From the NCBI GenBank assembly GCA_963663405.2, contig CAXXSM010000104.1:1-64000 (forward strand): DNA of 64,000 bases, in the 5' to 3' direction. Positions within the stretch are counted from its first letter, which is position 1; each line of letters starts with the position of its first letter. Below are positions 50,164 through 60,722 of this stretch, piece after piece. The stretch is from a bacterium. Its GTDB lineage: Bacteria; Hinthialibacterota; Hinthialibacteria; Hinthialibacterales; Hinthialibacteraceae. The position numbers and the translations under genes were made by a program. The notes under the pieces were generated by a model, which saw only the letters and a list, made by a program, of their open reading frames with translations, had not been told where the DNA came from and did not search any database.

Positions 50164-50214
50164 ATTCTCCCCCCTTACTGCTCCGGCGCGAGCGCCGGTT
50201 CTTGGGAGAGGAAT
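50164..50214. repeat. Intergenic hairpin (REP-like or terminator-like)
   Basis: ATTCTCCCCCC...CCGGCGCGAGCGCCGG...GGGAGAGGAAT nested inverted repeats. Confidence 0.4.
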
Positions 50215-50297
50215 CAATCACTTCCACTGGCTGATCGATTACAAAACGAGTATCCCAAACATCAGATTCACCGCTCAAACAAAACAGGAGTCAACAA

Positions 50298-52679
50298 ATG
50301 AATTTCCCCATTCGAATCATCGTTCTCACTTTATTTCTCACTACTTTAAACGCAACTGCGGAAGAGAAGCCCCTGAAAAATCTGAGCGCCATTCCATTTA
50401 CAAATGTGCGGATCAATGATGATTTCTGGGCGCCCCGTTTGCGCGTCAATCACGAAGTATCCATTCCACATAATTTTGAATGGTGTGAAAAGACTGGGCG
50501 AATCAGCAACTTCGCCAAGACCGCCGGTCTGATGGAGGGGGAATTCGAAGGGATTTATTTCAATGATTCCGATGTTTACAAAGTGCTGGAAGGAGCCTCC
50601 TACGCCCTGGCGAACAATCCCGATCCAGTGTTAGAAAAAATGGTGGATGATGTGATTGAAAAAATCGCCGCCGCGCAGGGCGAAGATGGCTATCTCAATG
50701 TCTACTACACCATCGTCAAACCAGATGAACGCTGGACCAACCTGAAGAGTATGCACGAATTGTACTGCGCGGGTCACTTAATCGAAGCGGCGGTAGCTCA
50801 TTTCAACGCGACGGGAAAACGGACGCTGCTGGATGTGGCGATCAAGTTTGTGGATTTAATCGATTCCATCTTTGGGCCGGACAAACGTCACGGTGTGCCC
50901 GGACACGAGGAAATCGAACTGGCTTTAATCAAACTTTACCATCTTACAGGTGAGGAACGATACCTCAAATTGGCAGAATTTTTCATCGAAGAACGGGGCC
51001 GCGCCACAGATCGGGAACTGTTCGGCAAACAACTCCAGGATCACCTTCCCATCCGTGAACAGGACGAAGTCTTCGGACACGCGGTCCGGGCGATGTACCT
51101 TTATAGTGGCGTCGCCGATCTGACAGCCCTCACCAACGATCAAGGCTACCGCCTGGCGATGGATCGAATCTGGGAAGATCTTGTGTCACACAAGATGTAC
51201 ATCACCGGTGGGATCGGCGTATCCGGTCACGGCGAAGGTTTTTCAGGCGGTTACGATCTTCCGAATGAACAAGCCTACGCCGAGACCTGCGCGTCCATCG
51301 CGCTGGCCTTTTTTAATCATCGTATGAACTTATTGTACGCGGATCGCCGGTACGCCGATGTGTTGGAACAAGCGCTTTACAATGGTCTTTTATCCGGTGT
51401 CTCTCTGGACGGTGATAAATTCTTCTACCGCAATCCACTCGCCAGCAGTGGACCGGAGACATTCCAAACCAGTGGAGGCAAAGAGGGAGATAGCAAACAA
51501 CACCGTCAACATTGGTTCCGCTGCGCCTGCTGTCCAACCAACGTGGTCCGTTTTCTGCCCAAACTCGGTGAGTACGTCTACGCGAAGAATGAAGAGGGAA
51601 TCTACGCCGTTCTTTACATGACCAACGAAGCGATGGTTTCCATCAAAGATGTATCCGTCAAACTAACTCAAAAAACAAACTATCCTTGGGATGGGGATGT
51701 GAAAATCATTGTGAATCCGGAAAAACCGGTTTCCTTCGATTTCAATCTTCGCATTCCCGGCTGGTGTGAGAACGCCCGGATTCGGGTCAATGGCCGAAAA
51801 CTCAAAACCGAAATGCGCAATGGATACGCCTGTATAACCCGCAAATGGAAGCGGGGAGATACAATCACATTGAGAATACCCATGCCCATTCAACGGATCG
51901 AAGCGCACCCTCTCGTGAAAGAAGACCGTGGCCGGATCGCTTTGCGCCGTGGCCCACTGGTCTATTGCCTCGAACAGATCGACAACGAAGCGGGTGTAAA
52001 ATTCATCGCGCTTCCCCGCGGCGCTGAGCTGACGTCTAAACACAAATCCGATTTACTCGGTGGGATTACAGTAATTGAAGGAACGGGTTTCATTAAACCA
52101 TTAGAGGGTTGGAAAAATGAGCTTTATCGTCCAGCCCGGGAACCAGAAGAAGCGCAATTCACCGCGATTCCCTATTACGCCTGGGATAACCGCGAACCGG
52201 GCGAAATGGTGGTTTGGCTGCCCGAAGATCCCGCTCTGGCGCCGCTGATGACCATCGCCGCTCTGAGCCAATGTTCCACGTCCTACCTGCCATCGGGCGG
52301 AGGAATCGCAGCGCTTAACGATCAGATTGAACCACGCGCGTCCAACGACAAATCAATTCCCCGCTTCACATGGTGGAATCACAAAGGAACGCAGGAATGG
52401 GCGCAGTATAATTTTAAAAATCCAGAAACCGTGTCTACCGTGGATGTCTATTGGTATGACGATCGCGACACAGGCGAATGCCGCATCCCGGAAAGTTGGC
52501 GGCTTCTCTATAAAGCGGGAGAAGAATGGAAACCGGTCACCGGCGCTTCGGAATATGGAACTGAGTTAAACCGCGCTAACCAAGTAAACTTTGATCCCGT
52601 CAAAACATCCGCCCTGCGCCTGGAAGTTCAACTTCAATCCGAATACAGCGGCGGGATCTTGGAATGGACTGTTTGGTAA
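50298..52679 (+). CDS. Secreted GH127 beta-L-arabinofuranosidase-like enzyme with C-terminal discoidin/F5-8-like domain
   Basis: DSDVYKVLE, HELYCAGHL, GHEEIELAL, GHAVRAMYL, YAETCAS, CACCPTN, IPYYAWDNR. Confidence 0.93.
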   Translation: MNFPIRIIVLTLFLTTLNATAEEKPLKNLSAIPFTNVRINDDFWAPRLRVNHEVSIPHNFEWCEKTGRISNFAKTAGLMEGEFEGIYFNDSDVYKVLEGASYALANNPDPVLEKMVDDVIEKIAAAQGEDGYLNVYYTIVKPDERWTNLKSMHELYCAGHLIEAAVAHFNATGKRTLLDVAIKFVDLIDSIFGPDKRHGVPGHEEIELALIKLYHLTGEERYLKLAEFFIEERGRATDRELFGKQLQDHLPIREQDEVFGHAVRAMYLYSGVADLTALTNDQGYRLAMDRIWEDLVSHKMYITGGIGVSGHGEGFSGGYDLPNEQAYAETCASIALAFFNHRMNLLYADRRYADVLEQALYNGLLSGVSLDGDKFFYRNPLASSGPETFQTSGGKEGDSKQHRQHWFRCACCPTNVVRFLPKLGEYVYAKNEEGIYAVLYMTNEAMVSIKDVSVKLTQKTNYPWDGDVKIIVNPEKPVSFDFNLRIPGWCENARIRVNGRKLKTEMRNGYACITRKWKRGDTITLRIPMPIQRIEAHPLVKEDRGRIALRRGPLVYCLEQIDNEAGVKFIALPRGAELTSKHKSDLLGGITVIEGTGFIKPLEGWKNELYRPAREPEEAQFTAIPYYAWDNREPGEMVVWLPEDPALAPLMTIAALSQCSTSYLPSGGGIAALNDQIEPRASNDKSIPRFTWWNHKGTQEWAQYNFKNPETVSTVDVYWYDDRDTGECRIPESWRLLYKAGEEWKPVTGASEYGTELNRANQVNFDPVKTSALRLEVQLQSEYSGGILEWTVW

Positions 52680-52701
52680 ATGAACAGCGGAGGGAATACC
52701 G

Positions 52702-53160
52702 ATGCCTGCTATACCGATAACACGTGAAACAATAGAGCATTTTTGTAAACGGCTTAACACCATCCAAGAGACGGATCAACCGTTATGGGGAACAATGAAT
52801 CCAGCGCGGATGGTCCGGCATCTGCGCTTCGCCACGGAAGCGTCTTTGGGTGAAGTGGAGGTTGAGGATAAAAGCAATATCCTGAGCCGGACAATAATAC
52901 GCTGGCTCTTCTTTCACGTCTTGACTAACTGGCCGAAGGGGAAAATCAACGTCCCGGCTCGCTATATCCCGGAACCGGATGGTGATCTGGAAGCGGAACG
53001 AGACGCGCTCTTCGCCGCGTTAGAGCGTTTTCTCCAAACAGCGGAACGGGAACCGGACCGGCGTGTGATTCATGAATTCTTCGGTCCCGTCACACTGGAT
53101 TACTACCGCCGCATTCATGGCGTTCATATGAACCATCACTTACGTCAATTCGGCGTATAA
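52702..53160 (+). CDS. DUF1569 / DinB-like four-helix protein
   Basis: WGTMNPARMVRHL, HEFFGP, HMNHHLRQFGV. Confidence 0.88.
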   Translation: MPAIPITRETIEHFCKRLNTIQETDQPLWGTMNPARMVRHLRFATEASLGEVEVEDKSNILSRTIIRWLFFHVLTNWPKGKINVPARYIPEPDGDLEAERDALFAALERFLQTAEREPDRRVIHEFFGPVTLDYYRRIHGVHMNHHLRQFGV

Positions 53161-53186
53161 CAACGCGCCCTGCCCATATTGAGCCG

Positions 53187-53852
53187 TTACGCCATTTCGA
53201 GCACTTTCGCTACCAGTTTTTCAATGCCTTCCGCGATATTTGAAATCGATGGTCCCAGCATGTAGGCGGGTGTCGAGACAATCTTGTTCGTTTCATCGAC
53301 CACAATTTCATTAACCGACGCGGCTTGATGCTCTCCGCCCATTTCCCGGATCGCGCCGGCGGTGGCGGCGTCGGTTCCAATCGTGACAACCGGTTTCACA
53401 CCTTCAATGTCCCGCAGCGCCCGGACCACCATCGCTGGGGCGATACAAATTGCGCCGATGGTCTTTCCCTTGGTCACCGCGTCTTGAATCACCTGCGCCG
53501 TTTCTGGATCGATAAAACAATCCGGGCCGTCAATAGCGAGTGAGCATAAATTCTTCGCCGCGCCAAATCCACCCGGAAACACGATCGCGTCCCACTGATC
53601 CACGCTCAAGTCCTTTAACGGCTTAATCTCTCCACGGGCGATTCGAGCGGATTCGAGCAACACATTCCGCGATTCCCCCGCGGCGGGTTGCTGCGCGAAA
53701 TGATTGACAACGTGCATCTGGGGAATATCAGGCGCGAAACACTGGACCTCCGCCCCGCCTCGATCCAGATAGAGCAGCGTCAATACCGCTTCATGAATCT
53801 CCGCTCCATCGAACACACCACAACCTGAGAGAATCACTCCCACCCGTTTCAT
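53187..53852 (-). CDS. elbB: Glyoxalase ElbB (DJ-1/PfpI family)
   Basis: LSGCGVFDGAEIHE, RNVLLESARIARG, PGGFGAAKNL, ICIAP, STPAYML. Confidence 0.95.
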   Translation of the reverse strand: MKRVGVILSGCGVFDGAEIHEAVLTLLYLDRGGAEVQCFAPDIPQMHVVNHFAQQPAAGESRNVLLESARIARGEIKPLKDLSVDQWDAIVFPGGFGAAKNLCSLAIDGPDCFIDPETAQVIQDAVTKGKTIGAICIAPAMVVRALRDIEGVKPVVTIGTDAATAGAIREMGGEHQAASVNEIVVDETNKIVSTPAYMLGPSISNIAEGIEKLVAKVLEMA

Positions 53853-54216
53853 GATACCGTTTCTCCTTTTTCAGTAAAAATCTGGGATCGAAAATCGATC
53901 GTTTTTCTCCCATTTTTCTCCCTCACTCTACCCGCCGTACATCCTCTTTGTCAACATTCTCAATTCTCTTGATATAATCGTTAGGGTGAAAAGGATGAAA
54001 GATTTTCATATATTTAATTGATTCCACGATATCTAACAGTTCTTACCGATAAAAATAAACGATTCTTGTCCTGGATTCCAACGATCTATTCAGCTGAATT
54101 ATTTCACTTTTTTTGCGGTTTGCTGTTTCACCTATAGTTGACCGGAAACTCTCTGGTGAATAAGCTTTTAAGAATAATCACATTCTCAGAAAAATCTCTG
54201 TAAAAGGGGAACCGTT

Positions 54217-55911
54217 ATGAAACAGTATCGTGGTTTAATCCTGCTGTTCAGTCTTCCGATTTTTCTCTTTCTCATCCACACACCCGGCGCCTGGGCCGCC
54301 GAACAACCAGTTCAAGCAGATCAACCTCATCTGGAGAAGATTGAAGGACATGACACAGAAGCGGATGGTCAACACGACGCGCCAATGGAGCATTACGTTC
54401 ACGTCGCGGCTCATACCGCCCTGCAGATTGGTGTGCTCCTGCTGCTGGCCATGATCGCAAAACGGCTCTGTGAAGCGATCGATCAACCTAGTGTGATCGG
54501 TTTTATTCTCGTAGGGATATTTATCACGAATGTATTTCCTATCGTCCCCGGATTAAACTTTTTTTTCGATCGTGATCCAAATACCAATCTTGTGGTGAGC
54601 GAAGCCCTCTGGGCGCTCGCCCAGCTGGGCGCGATTATCCTGCTCTTCTTGATCGGCTGTGAAGTGGATTTCGATAAAGTCATGAAAGTGGGGATGAAAG
54701 CCACCGGCATCGCCATTGGCGGTATTATCCTGCCATTTGTAGGCGCCGCGCTTGCCATGTACTATCTTTATGACAAATCCATGATCGTAGCGCTCTTCAT
54801 GGGCGCCGTTTTTACCGCTACCAGCGTCGGTATCTCCGCAAAAGTGTATTCCGAACTGGGGATGCTCGATTCAGAGGAAGGCTTGGCGGTTCTCATTGCG
54901 GGCATTGTGGATGACGTGGGCGGCCTATTGGTGCTTTCCGGCGTCGCGGCGATCGCGGCGGCGACGATGGGCGGCGGTGACGCGGGATCGGCTTCGATTT
55001 TCATGACGGTCATGATCATCGGAGTTAAAGCCCTTGTCTTCCTTGGCTTGATTGTCGGATTGGGCAAAACCTTCGCCCCCAAAATATCCGACGCCATTAT
55101 TAAAGCGCTTGGTAAACAGACGGCGGTGGTCGCGGTCACTTCAATCTGTTTTATCATCGCGGCGATCGCAGAGGCGGAATTTCAACTCGCCATGATCGTC
55201 GGCGCGGCGGCGACGGGCATGGTCTTCTCCGGCACAAAGATCGGCCATCGGCTTGAAGAATTTCTCAGCCACCCCGAACAGCTGCTCGCTCCAATCTTTT
55301 TCGTCGTCATGGGGATGTTGGTTGACCTTAGCAGCATCTCCAACATCGGGATCGTCATCATGGCGTTAGTCATGAGCGTAATCGCGATTATCGGTAAGGT
55401 GGTCGGCTGCGGACTACCGGCGAAATGGTCCGGCTTCAGCCAAATGGAAAGTTTTCGCATCGGCGTCGGCATGAATAACCGAGGTGAAGTCGGCTTGATC
55501 GTCGCCGGTATTGGTTTCGCCAAGGGTGTGTTCGACAGCGCTATGCTGGCTGTGGCGATCATCGTCATTCTCGTCACCACTATTCCAACCCCTTCCCTGC
55601 TGAAAAAACTAAGTTCGGCGGCCAAACTGGATACTAAAAAGAACATCCTTTTCGATAACTTGAGCGGTTCACTGCGGGACGTTTGGATCGAACAATTCTC
55701 AAAAATCAGTCACGCGCGCGGTTTCCAAGCGATGGATATGACGGAAGTCGGGGAGACCTACGGATTCATCAATGAAAAAACGAACGCCCGCATCGCAATT
55801 TACAAAAACGACCAGGGACTGACCATCGATTCCGAAAACGCCGATACGATCGTCAAAGATATCATGAATGAAACACAGAAAAGCGTCATGAACAGCATCA
55901 AAATCTCTTGA
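54217..55911 (+). CDS. CPA2 cation:proton antiporter (NapA/KefB-like) with signal-like, His-rich N-terminus and C-terminal soluble domain
   Basis: QPSVIG, LLFLIG.E, TATSVGIS, IVDDVGG, PIFFVVMG, GKVVG, RGEVGLI. Confidence 0.92.
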   Translation: MKQYRGLILLFSLPIFLFLIHTPGAWAAEQPVQADQPHLEKIEGHDTEADGQHDAPMEHYVHVAAHTALQIGVLLLLAMIAKRLCEAIDQPSVIGFILVGIFITNVFPIVPGLNFFFDRDPNTNLVVSEALWALAQLGAIILLFLIGCEVDFDKVMKVGMKATGIAIGGIILPFVGAALAMYYLYDKSMIVALFMGAVFTATSVGISAKVYSELGMLDSEEGLAVLIAGIVDDVGGLLVLSGVAAIAAATMGGGDAGSASIFMTVMIIGVKALVFLGLIVGLGKTFAPKISDAIIKALGKQTAVVAVTSICFIIAAIAEAEFQLAMIVGAAATGMVFSGTKIGHRLEEFLSHPEQLLAPIFFVVMGMLVDLSSISNIGIVIMALVMSVIAIIGKVVGCGLPAKWSGFSQMESFRIGVGMNNRGEVGLIVAGIGFAKGVFDSAMLAVAIIVILVTTIPTPSLLKKLSSAAKLDTKKNILFDNLSGSLRDVWIEQFSKISHARGFQAMDMTEVGETYGFINEKTNARIAIYKNDQGLTIDSENADTIVKDIMNETQKSVMNSIKIS

Positions 55912-55925
55912 TATTGACATACTTT

Positions 55926-56606
55926 TCAACCTGTAATCAGTCTCCAAATCATCATGAAAAGAATAACATAAGCGTTTCCCCATGTGTCTTCCCGGAAGAA
56001 ACTGATTGGACTGCCTGGATTTCCTACAAAAGGGCGGAGGATCCATGCCATCTGTATGCCGACGAAGGTATAAATAACAATCCAGCAGTGAAGAGTCACT
56101 CGGTGAAGCTTATTTCGTTGAATGAGTGGTTCATAGAATTTTCGATTCACGAGCTGTGACGAAACACTGGCGATTCCAAACATGAATCCATTGAATAGAA
56201 GCGCCATCTGATAACTGGAAAAGGACACATACCAAAGAATCGTAAAAGGCGTTAAGGAAGCCAAAATAATTGTCAAGACCGCTTGAGACGCTATAAGTGA
56301 ACGGATCGCATAAGCTAAATCCGTCCGCAGTCCCAACAATGTATTGATAACAAAGAAACTGGGGACACTTAATCCAAAAGTCACAAGAAGTAATAGAGGG
56401 ACCTTCAAAGCGGAATAAAGCGCTTGATAGAAACGAGTTCCAGTTACTCCTCCAAAACTTCCCATCCCGGCCCCATACGTCATCCCAAATACAAAAACAA
56501 ATCCAATCAGGCTGAACGCTGTTTCCCAGAACCGGCTATCATCCTGGATGGAGGTGTGCCCTTTCAGGATACGATCCACTTTACGCAGCCACGCTATCAT
56601 ATTCAT
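55926..56606 (-). CDS. Uncharacterised 5-TM membrane protein (Yip1-like), paralog 2
   Basis: YGAGMG, KVPLL..T..L..PS, VGIQMAWILRPFVG.P. Confidence 0.75.
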   Translation of the reverse strand: MNMIAWLRKVDRILKGHTSIQDDSRFWETAFSLIGFVFVFGMTYGAGMGSFGGVTGTRFYQALYSALKVPLLLLVTFGLSVPSFFVINTLLGLRTDLAYAIRSLIASQAVLTIILASLTPFTILWYVSFSSYQMALLFNGFMFGIASVSSQLVNRKFYEPLIQRNKLHRVTLHCWIVIYTFVGIQMAWILRPFVGNPGSPISFFREDTWGNAYVILFMMIWRLITG

Positions 56607-56741
56607 TCCTTCTTATCAATTCAGTCAGGATATAATCGTGAAAACCAATAACAATTCTTCTTGCCCGGTGAAAAAATTGTTGGTTTGTTATAATTGGTTA
56701 ATAGGCGCGTCTAATCTTGACCAACCATTCCCGACTTCTCA

Positions 56742-57553
56742 TCAGCCGGCAAAAAAACTGATAATCGTTTTCCAAACAGCCAAAAAGAAATTTCCCTCCC
56801 GCGCGCGAAACCAAGTAAAGGGGATATCGGGATGACCAATGAAGGGACGCAATACCCAGCTCATCTGCGCTCCCACAAGAGCGAACACAAATAACCAGAT
56901 ACGGAAGACTTCAAACGCTTTTCGATTCACTCCAAGTCCAAATAGTGAGGACCTTTCTTCGCGTTGTATTCTAGATTCTCTTGTTGATAAAGGACGCTCT
57001 TCCGTCCGCTTTCGATCTTCCTCCGTTTCCGATGATTGAGAAACGTCATTCTGCGCCTGTATGAACCGTTGTATGATTTGGATTAAAAACGAAAGACCAA
57101 AGCAGCCGGACACGGTTCCCGCGGCGGTGTTTAACAGAACCATGAAAGAATAACTTGATGTGCTGAGTGAGAAGAAAAAAACAATTGGCCCCAATGAGGC
57201 GAGAACGGCAAGAAGAACTCCCATCGAAGCGAGTAAGAGTTGAAAATCGAATGGATGGATAATCGAGAGCCTACCAACGCGCTAAACACATATAGTGAAG
57301 GAAAAGTGACAAATAAAGTAAGCGCAAAGAGTAAAGGCATCTTGATCGAACTCGCGATAATCTGCCAATAATTCGCTCCTCCCGACTGGATTAATGAATA
57401 GGATCCTACGCAAAACCCATAGACAACCGCAAGCAGCAAGATTACAAAAATCAACTGCAAGGATTGAATTTCCCATTTGTTCTCACGAAGATCTTGTAAC
57501 CGCGCGCCGTCTCCACGAAGAATCTGATCGAGTTGCTTAAACCAATCCAGCAT
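56742..57553 (-). CDS. Uncharacterised 5-TM membrane protein (Yip1-like), paralog 1; frameshift near 57243
   Basis: ORFs 57131..57553 and 56742..57224 join across a T run; YGFCVG, KMPLLF.LT..VTFPS, VGAQMSWVLRPFIG.P. Confidence 0.72.
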
Positions 57554-57875
57554 GATGTATGATATCCTTTACTTTGTGATTTCATTAACTTTATAAAACA
57601 AAACGGCTAAACCGGATTTACGTCACGCTTAAAAAAGTAAAAACGTTAAAACAATAGAATTCTCACGAACGGATTAAGAATGGATATTGTAAACACGATT
57701 CTTTTACAATGGAATGATTGAGGGATTCACGTATTGAGGGGATCAATTACGACCAAAATGTCGATTGCTTTTCGATTATCCAATACATGCAAAACATTTT
57801 AAATCCTACTGTACACAATTCACTTATATTCCAATAATCCATCTATCGCGAAGATGATATGAGAATTGTCACTCT

Positions 57876-59789
57876 CTAAAAATCCGTATCCGCTTCTTCC
57901 AGATCAAGTTCTTGAATCCAGATATTTCTATACAACACTTCATGGCCTTCACACTGCAACTTAAGGCCGCCGGGACGGTCCGTGATTCCTTTGCCCCCTT
58001 GGTTGCCGCCGTCGATGCCGGAATTCGGGCCGCCCCAAACTTGTTGAATCCGTTGATTCGTGTGCGCCTTCATGCCATTGAAATACATTGAGATCAAGGC
58101 TTTTTCTGTGAGTTTTCCATCCGTAAACCGGGCGGCGCGGAATTGGATATCATACGCGTTCCATTTTCCTGTCCCGCGATAGGCGTGATAGGGACCTTCC
58201 GCTTCGTTGATCACCGCGGCCATGCCATGTTTGGTATCATCCCCATCCAAGACCTGAATCTCATAGCGGTTTTGCAAATAGACGCCGCTGTTCCCCCCTT
58301 TATGAGGAATCATGAATTCAACATGCAGCCGGAAATCACGGTATTTCTTTTTCGTTACAATGTCCGCCGCCCCATACAGCCCACCATCCGCGGCGGGATC
58401 GGATGTCATCAGAACGGCGCCCCCATCCACCGGATCTTCGACGAGTTTCCATTTGATCGGCAGAGAAGAAGCAAACCGCGGCCCTTCCCAATAGGTCCAT
58501 TTCTCATCCAGCGTTTCGCGTGTCCCATCGAGTAAGACCTCCGCGCCTTCCGGCGCTGGAACGCCAAGGCCAATGGCGCGAGAGCGCGTCTGGTTGATCC
58601 AACATTCAAAGACAGTCCCATCATGAGTGGGGAGGCGCAGCAGATCGATATCCCCGTCGCCATCCAGATCCCCGGCCTGTCCATTGTATATCCCTTCATT
58701 GGTTAATGTTATTTTGGTCCAATGATGATCGCCGCCTTGATTGAGAAATAGAAAGACGGGGAAAGATGTTTCTTCCAGACCTTTCGCGCGGTTTGTATTG
58801 ACGCCGGTCAGAACATCAAAATCGCCATCGCCGTCAAAATCAAAAACCTGCAGGGTATGCGCGGCGGTCAGTTCTTCACAAATAATCGTCTCGTTCCACG
58901 ATCCGGATCGAGGATTCTTGGACTGATACATCGCGGCGGGATAGTCTTTGCGCTCCGAATGCGAAATAAAGACTTCCGCTTTTTGATCTCCATCTATATC
59001 CCGGCAGAACACCTTAGTCGCGTTCCGCGACCAATCTCCCGTTTGGTTATTCCATTTTTCATCAATGATGTGAATCTCCCATTCTCCTTTCAGATCGCCA
59101 CCGGGATTTTCCATCCAATACCCATTGGCGGCGATATCGATATCCCCATCCCCATCAATATCCCCCACATCCATGCCTTCATGCAGGTTTTTTACGGTCA
59201 GGTTCTGCGCTGCCGTCCACACGGTGGGCGAATCTTGGCGGAAAATAGTTATCGAGTTCTGTTCGAAGGTCGTAACCACCAAGTCGAGTTTTCCATCATT
59301 ATTGAAATCAGCCGCGTTGACATCTTTGATAAACGCGGGGGCTTTACCAATTTCATGAGCGGTCCAGGATGGATTTTCGTACCAATAGACAGTGGTTGGC
59401 GCGCCTCCTTCGTCCCATTCACCTGGATGCGCGAAAGCGAAAATATCCATGTCTCCATCATTGTCGATATCTCCCGCATCCAGATCACCGCAGGCGAACG
59501 TCTCGCCATTAGGAGCGTTCTCCGCAATCACATGCGTTTTCCATGATTTCAGATCGCCTCGCGTCTCCAACCAGCCCAGCCAACCGCCATGCGCGTTATT
59601 ATTCTGCAAGGCGATATCAAGCAGCCCATCATCATTCAGATCAGTCATCGCGCGCGCCCACCACATATCAGCCTGATCGGATATGACCTGTGTTTTGAAT
59701 AATGAATCAGCCGCCTTCTCCAACGCCTGCGCGTATCCGCAAACCAAAAAACTTAGAACGAGAATAGGGACACGGATTTTCATGATCAC
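57876..59789 (-). CDS. Secreted FG-GAP/VCBS beta-propeller fused to DUF1080 (3-keto-disaccharide hydrolase-like)
   Basis: Repeated DxD.DG..D loops; C-terminal YRDFRLHVEF, GGNSGVY, YEIQVLD, WNAYDI, LQCEGHEVLYRNIWI. Confidence 0.88.
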   Translation of the reverse strand: MIMKIRVPILVLSFLVCGYAQALEKAADSLFKTQVISDQADMWWARAMTDLNDDGLLDIALQNNNAHGGWLGWLETRGDLKSWKTHVIAENAPNGETFACGDLDAGDIDNDGDMDIFAFAHPGEWDEGGAPTTVYWYENPSWTAHEIGKAPAFIKDVNAADFNNDGKLDLVVTTFEQNSITIFRQDSPTVWTAAQNLTVKNLHEGMDVGDIDGDGDIDIAANGYWMENPGGDLKGEWEIHIIDEKWNNQTGDWSRNATKVFCRDIDGDQKAEVFISHSERKDYPAAMYQSKNPRSGSWNETIICEELTAAHTLQVFDFDGDGDFDVLTGVNTNRAKGLEETSFPVFLFLNQGGDHHWTKITLTNEGIYNGQAGDLDGDGDIDLLRLPTHDGTVFECWINQTRSRAIGLGVPAPEGAEVLLDGTRETLDEKWTYWEGPRFASSLPIKWKLVEDPVDGGAVLMTSDPAADGGLYGAADIVTKKKYRDFRLHVEFMIPHKGGNSGVYLQNRYEIQVLDGDDTKHGMAAVINEAEGPYHAYRGTGKWNAYDIQFRAARFTDGKLTEKALISMYFNGMKAHTNQRIQQVWGGPNSGIDGGNQGGKGITDRPGGLKLQCEGHEVLYRNIWIQELDLEEADTDF

Positions 59790-60113
59790 TTTCCTTCCCA
59801 GAACATAGTTTAGCTAAAAACAGCGTACTATTATCAAATAGGCATAGGCGGTAGACAAGGGCAAGGTATATATCCTCTTACACCCATTCTGTTAAGGAAT
59901 CCTGTTATATCAGCAATAATAATTATAGACGTATTGAAATTTCTCATCCCAAACAATCAAATTGCTTCACTTAGAGATGGGTATACGTGACTATCAATCG
60001 ATAAACAAAACCTTCTCATTGGCGCCCACCGATCCTGTTTCTCCCTCTTCTTCATCCAATAATTGGGATACACTTCTTGATAACGAATTCGTATAAGGGA
60101 GTCTTGATCCTTC

Positions 60114-60653
60114 ATGATTGAACAGTCTAAAGAACTTGAAGAAAAACAGTTACTGGATGTGATTACGGATATCTACCAGGAATTAAATGAGGAAGATGAA
60201 GTGCTCTCGGCTCCGGATGGAGACCGGGGGATTTTTAAATATATCGGAACCAGCCCGGAGGCGAAGTTTTATCTTTCTAAAATGAGCCGGAAACGTGATG
60301 TGAAACGCGCAGGATTGGGCTTTGTTATCCAACGCGCGGAATTATCCGACCGGATCCGGATCTCGTTGGATATCGAAATCACCGATGATGTCACAGGAAA
60401 AGATCCCCGGAAAATCGTTGAATCCATGAACGCGCACGCGCAGTATGAATATGGAGTGAAAGCGCCTGAATTTATTGTCTACTTTCAACCCGCCCACAGC
60501 GGCAAACGTGGGTGGGAAACGAAGACCTTTATGGGGATTGAAATGGATCTGACGGACCGGGATTTTAACGCGTTGAATAAAATGCGGAAACGAATCCTAA
60601 CGATTATCCGAAAATTATTCCAGTCCATTGACTATGCGTTGACGGAAAATTAA
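60114..60653 (+). CDS. Hypothetical cytoplasmic protein
   Basis: AAGGGAG RBS, 179-aa ORF with protein-like composition; no recognised motif. Confidence 0.7.
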   Translation: MIEQSKELEEKQLLDVITDIYQELNEEDEVLSAPDGDRGIFKYIGTSPEAKFYLSKMSRKRDVKRAGLGFVIQRAELSDRIRISLDIEITDDVTGKDPRKIVESMNAHAQYEYGVKAPEFIVYFQPAHSGKRGWETKTFMGIEMDLTDRDFNALNKMRKRILTIIRKLFQSIDYALTEN

Positions 60654-60722
60654 ATAGAAAGAACTTGGGTATAGACAAACAAGTCCATCCTTTGGGAGTT
60701 ATCCCATTAACAGCGGCGATTT

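Noticed and set aside
53853-54216. c-di-AMP, Na+ or Li+ riboswitch upstream of the antiporter
   Set aside because: Only short fragments (GCTGAAT, GGTGAAT) resemble the ydaO consensus and the paired elements are missing. An Infernal/Rfam scan would settle it.
58857-59546. 229-aa plus-strand ORF and similar overlapping short ORFs throughout
   Set aside because: Antisense or alternate-frame shadows of clear genes, expected in GC-rich coding DNA.
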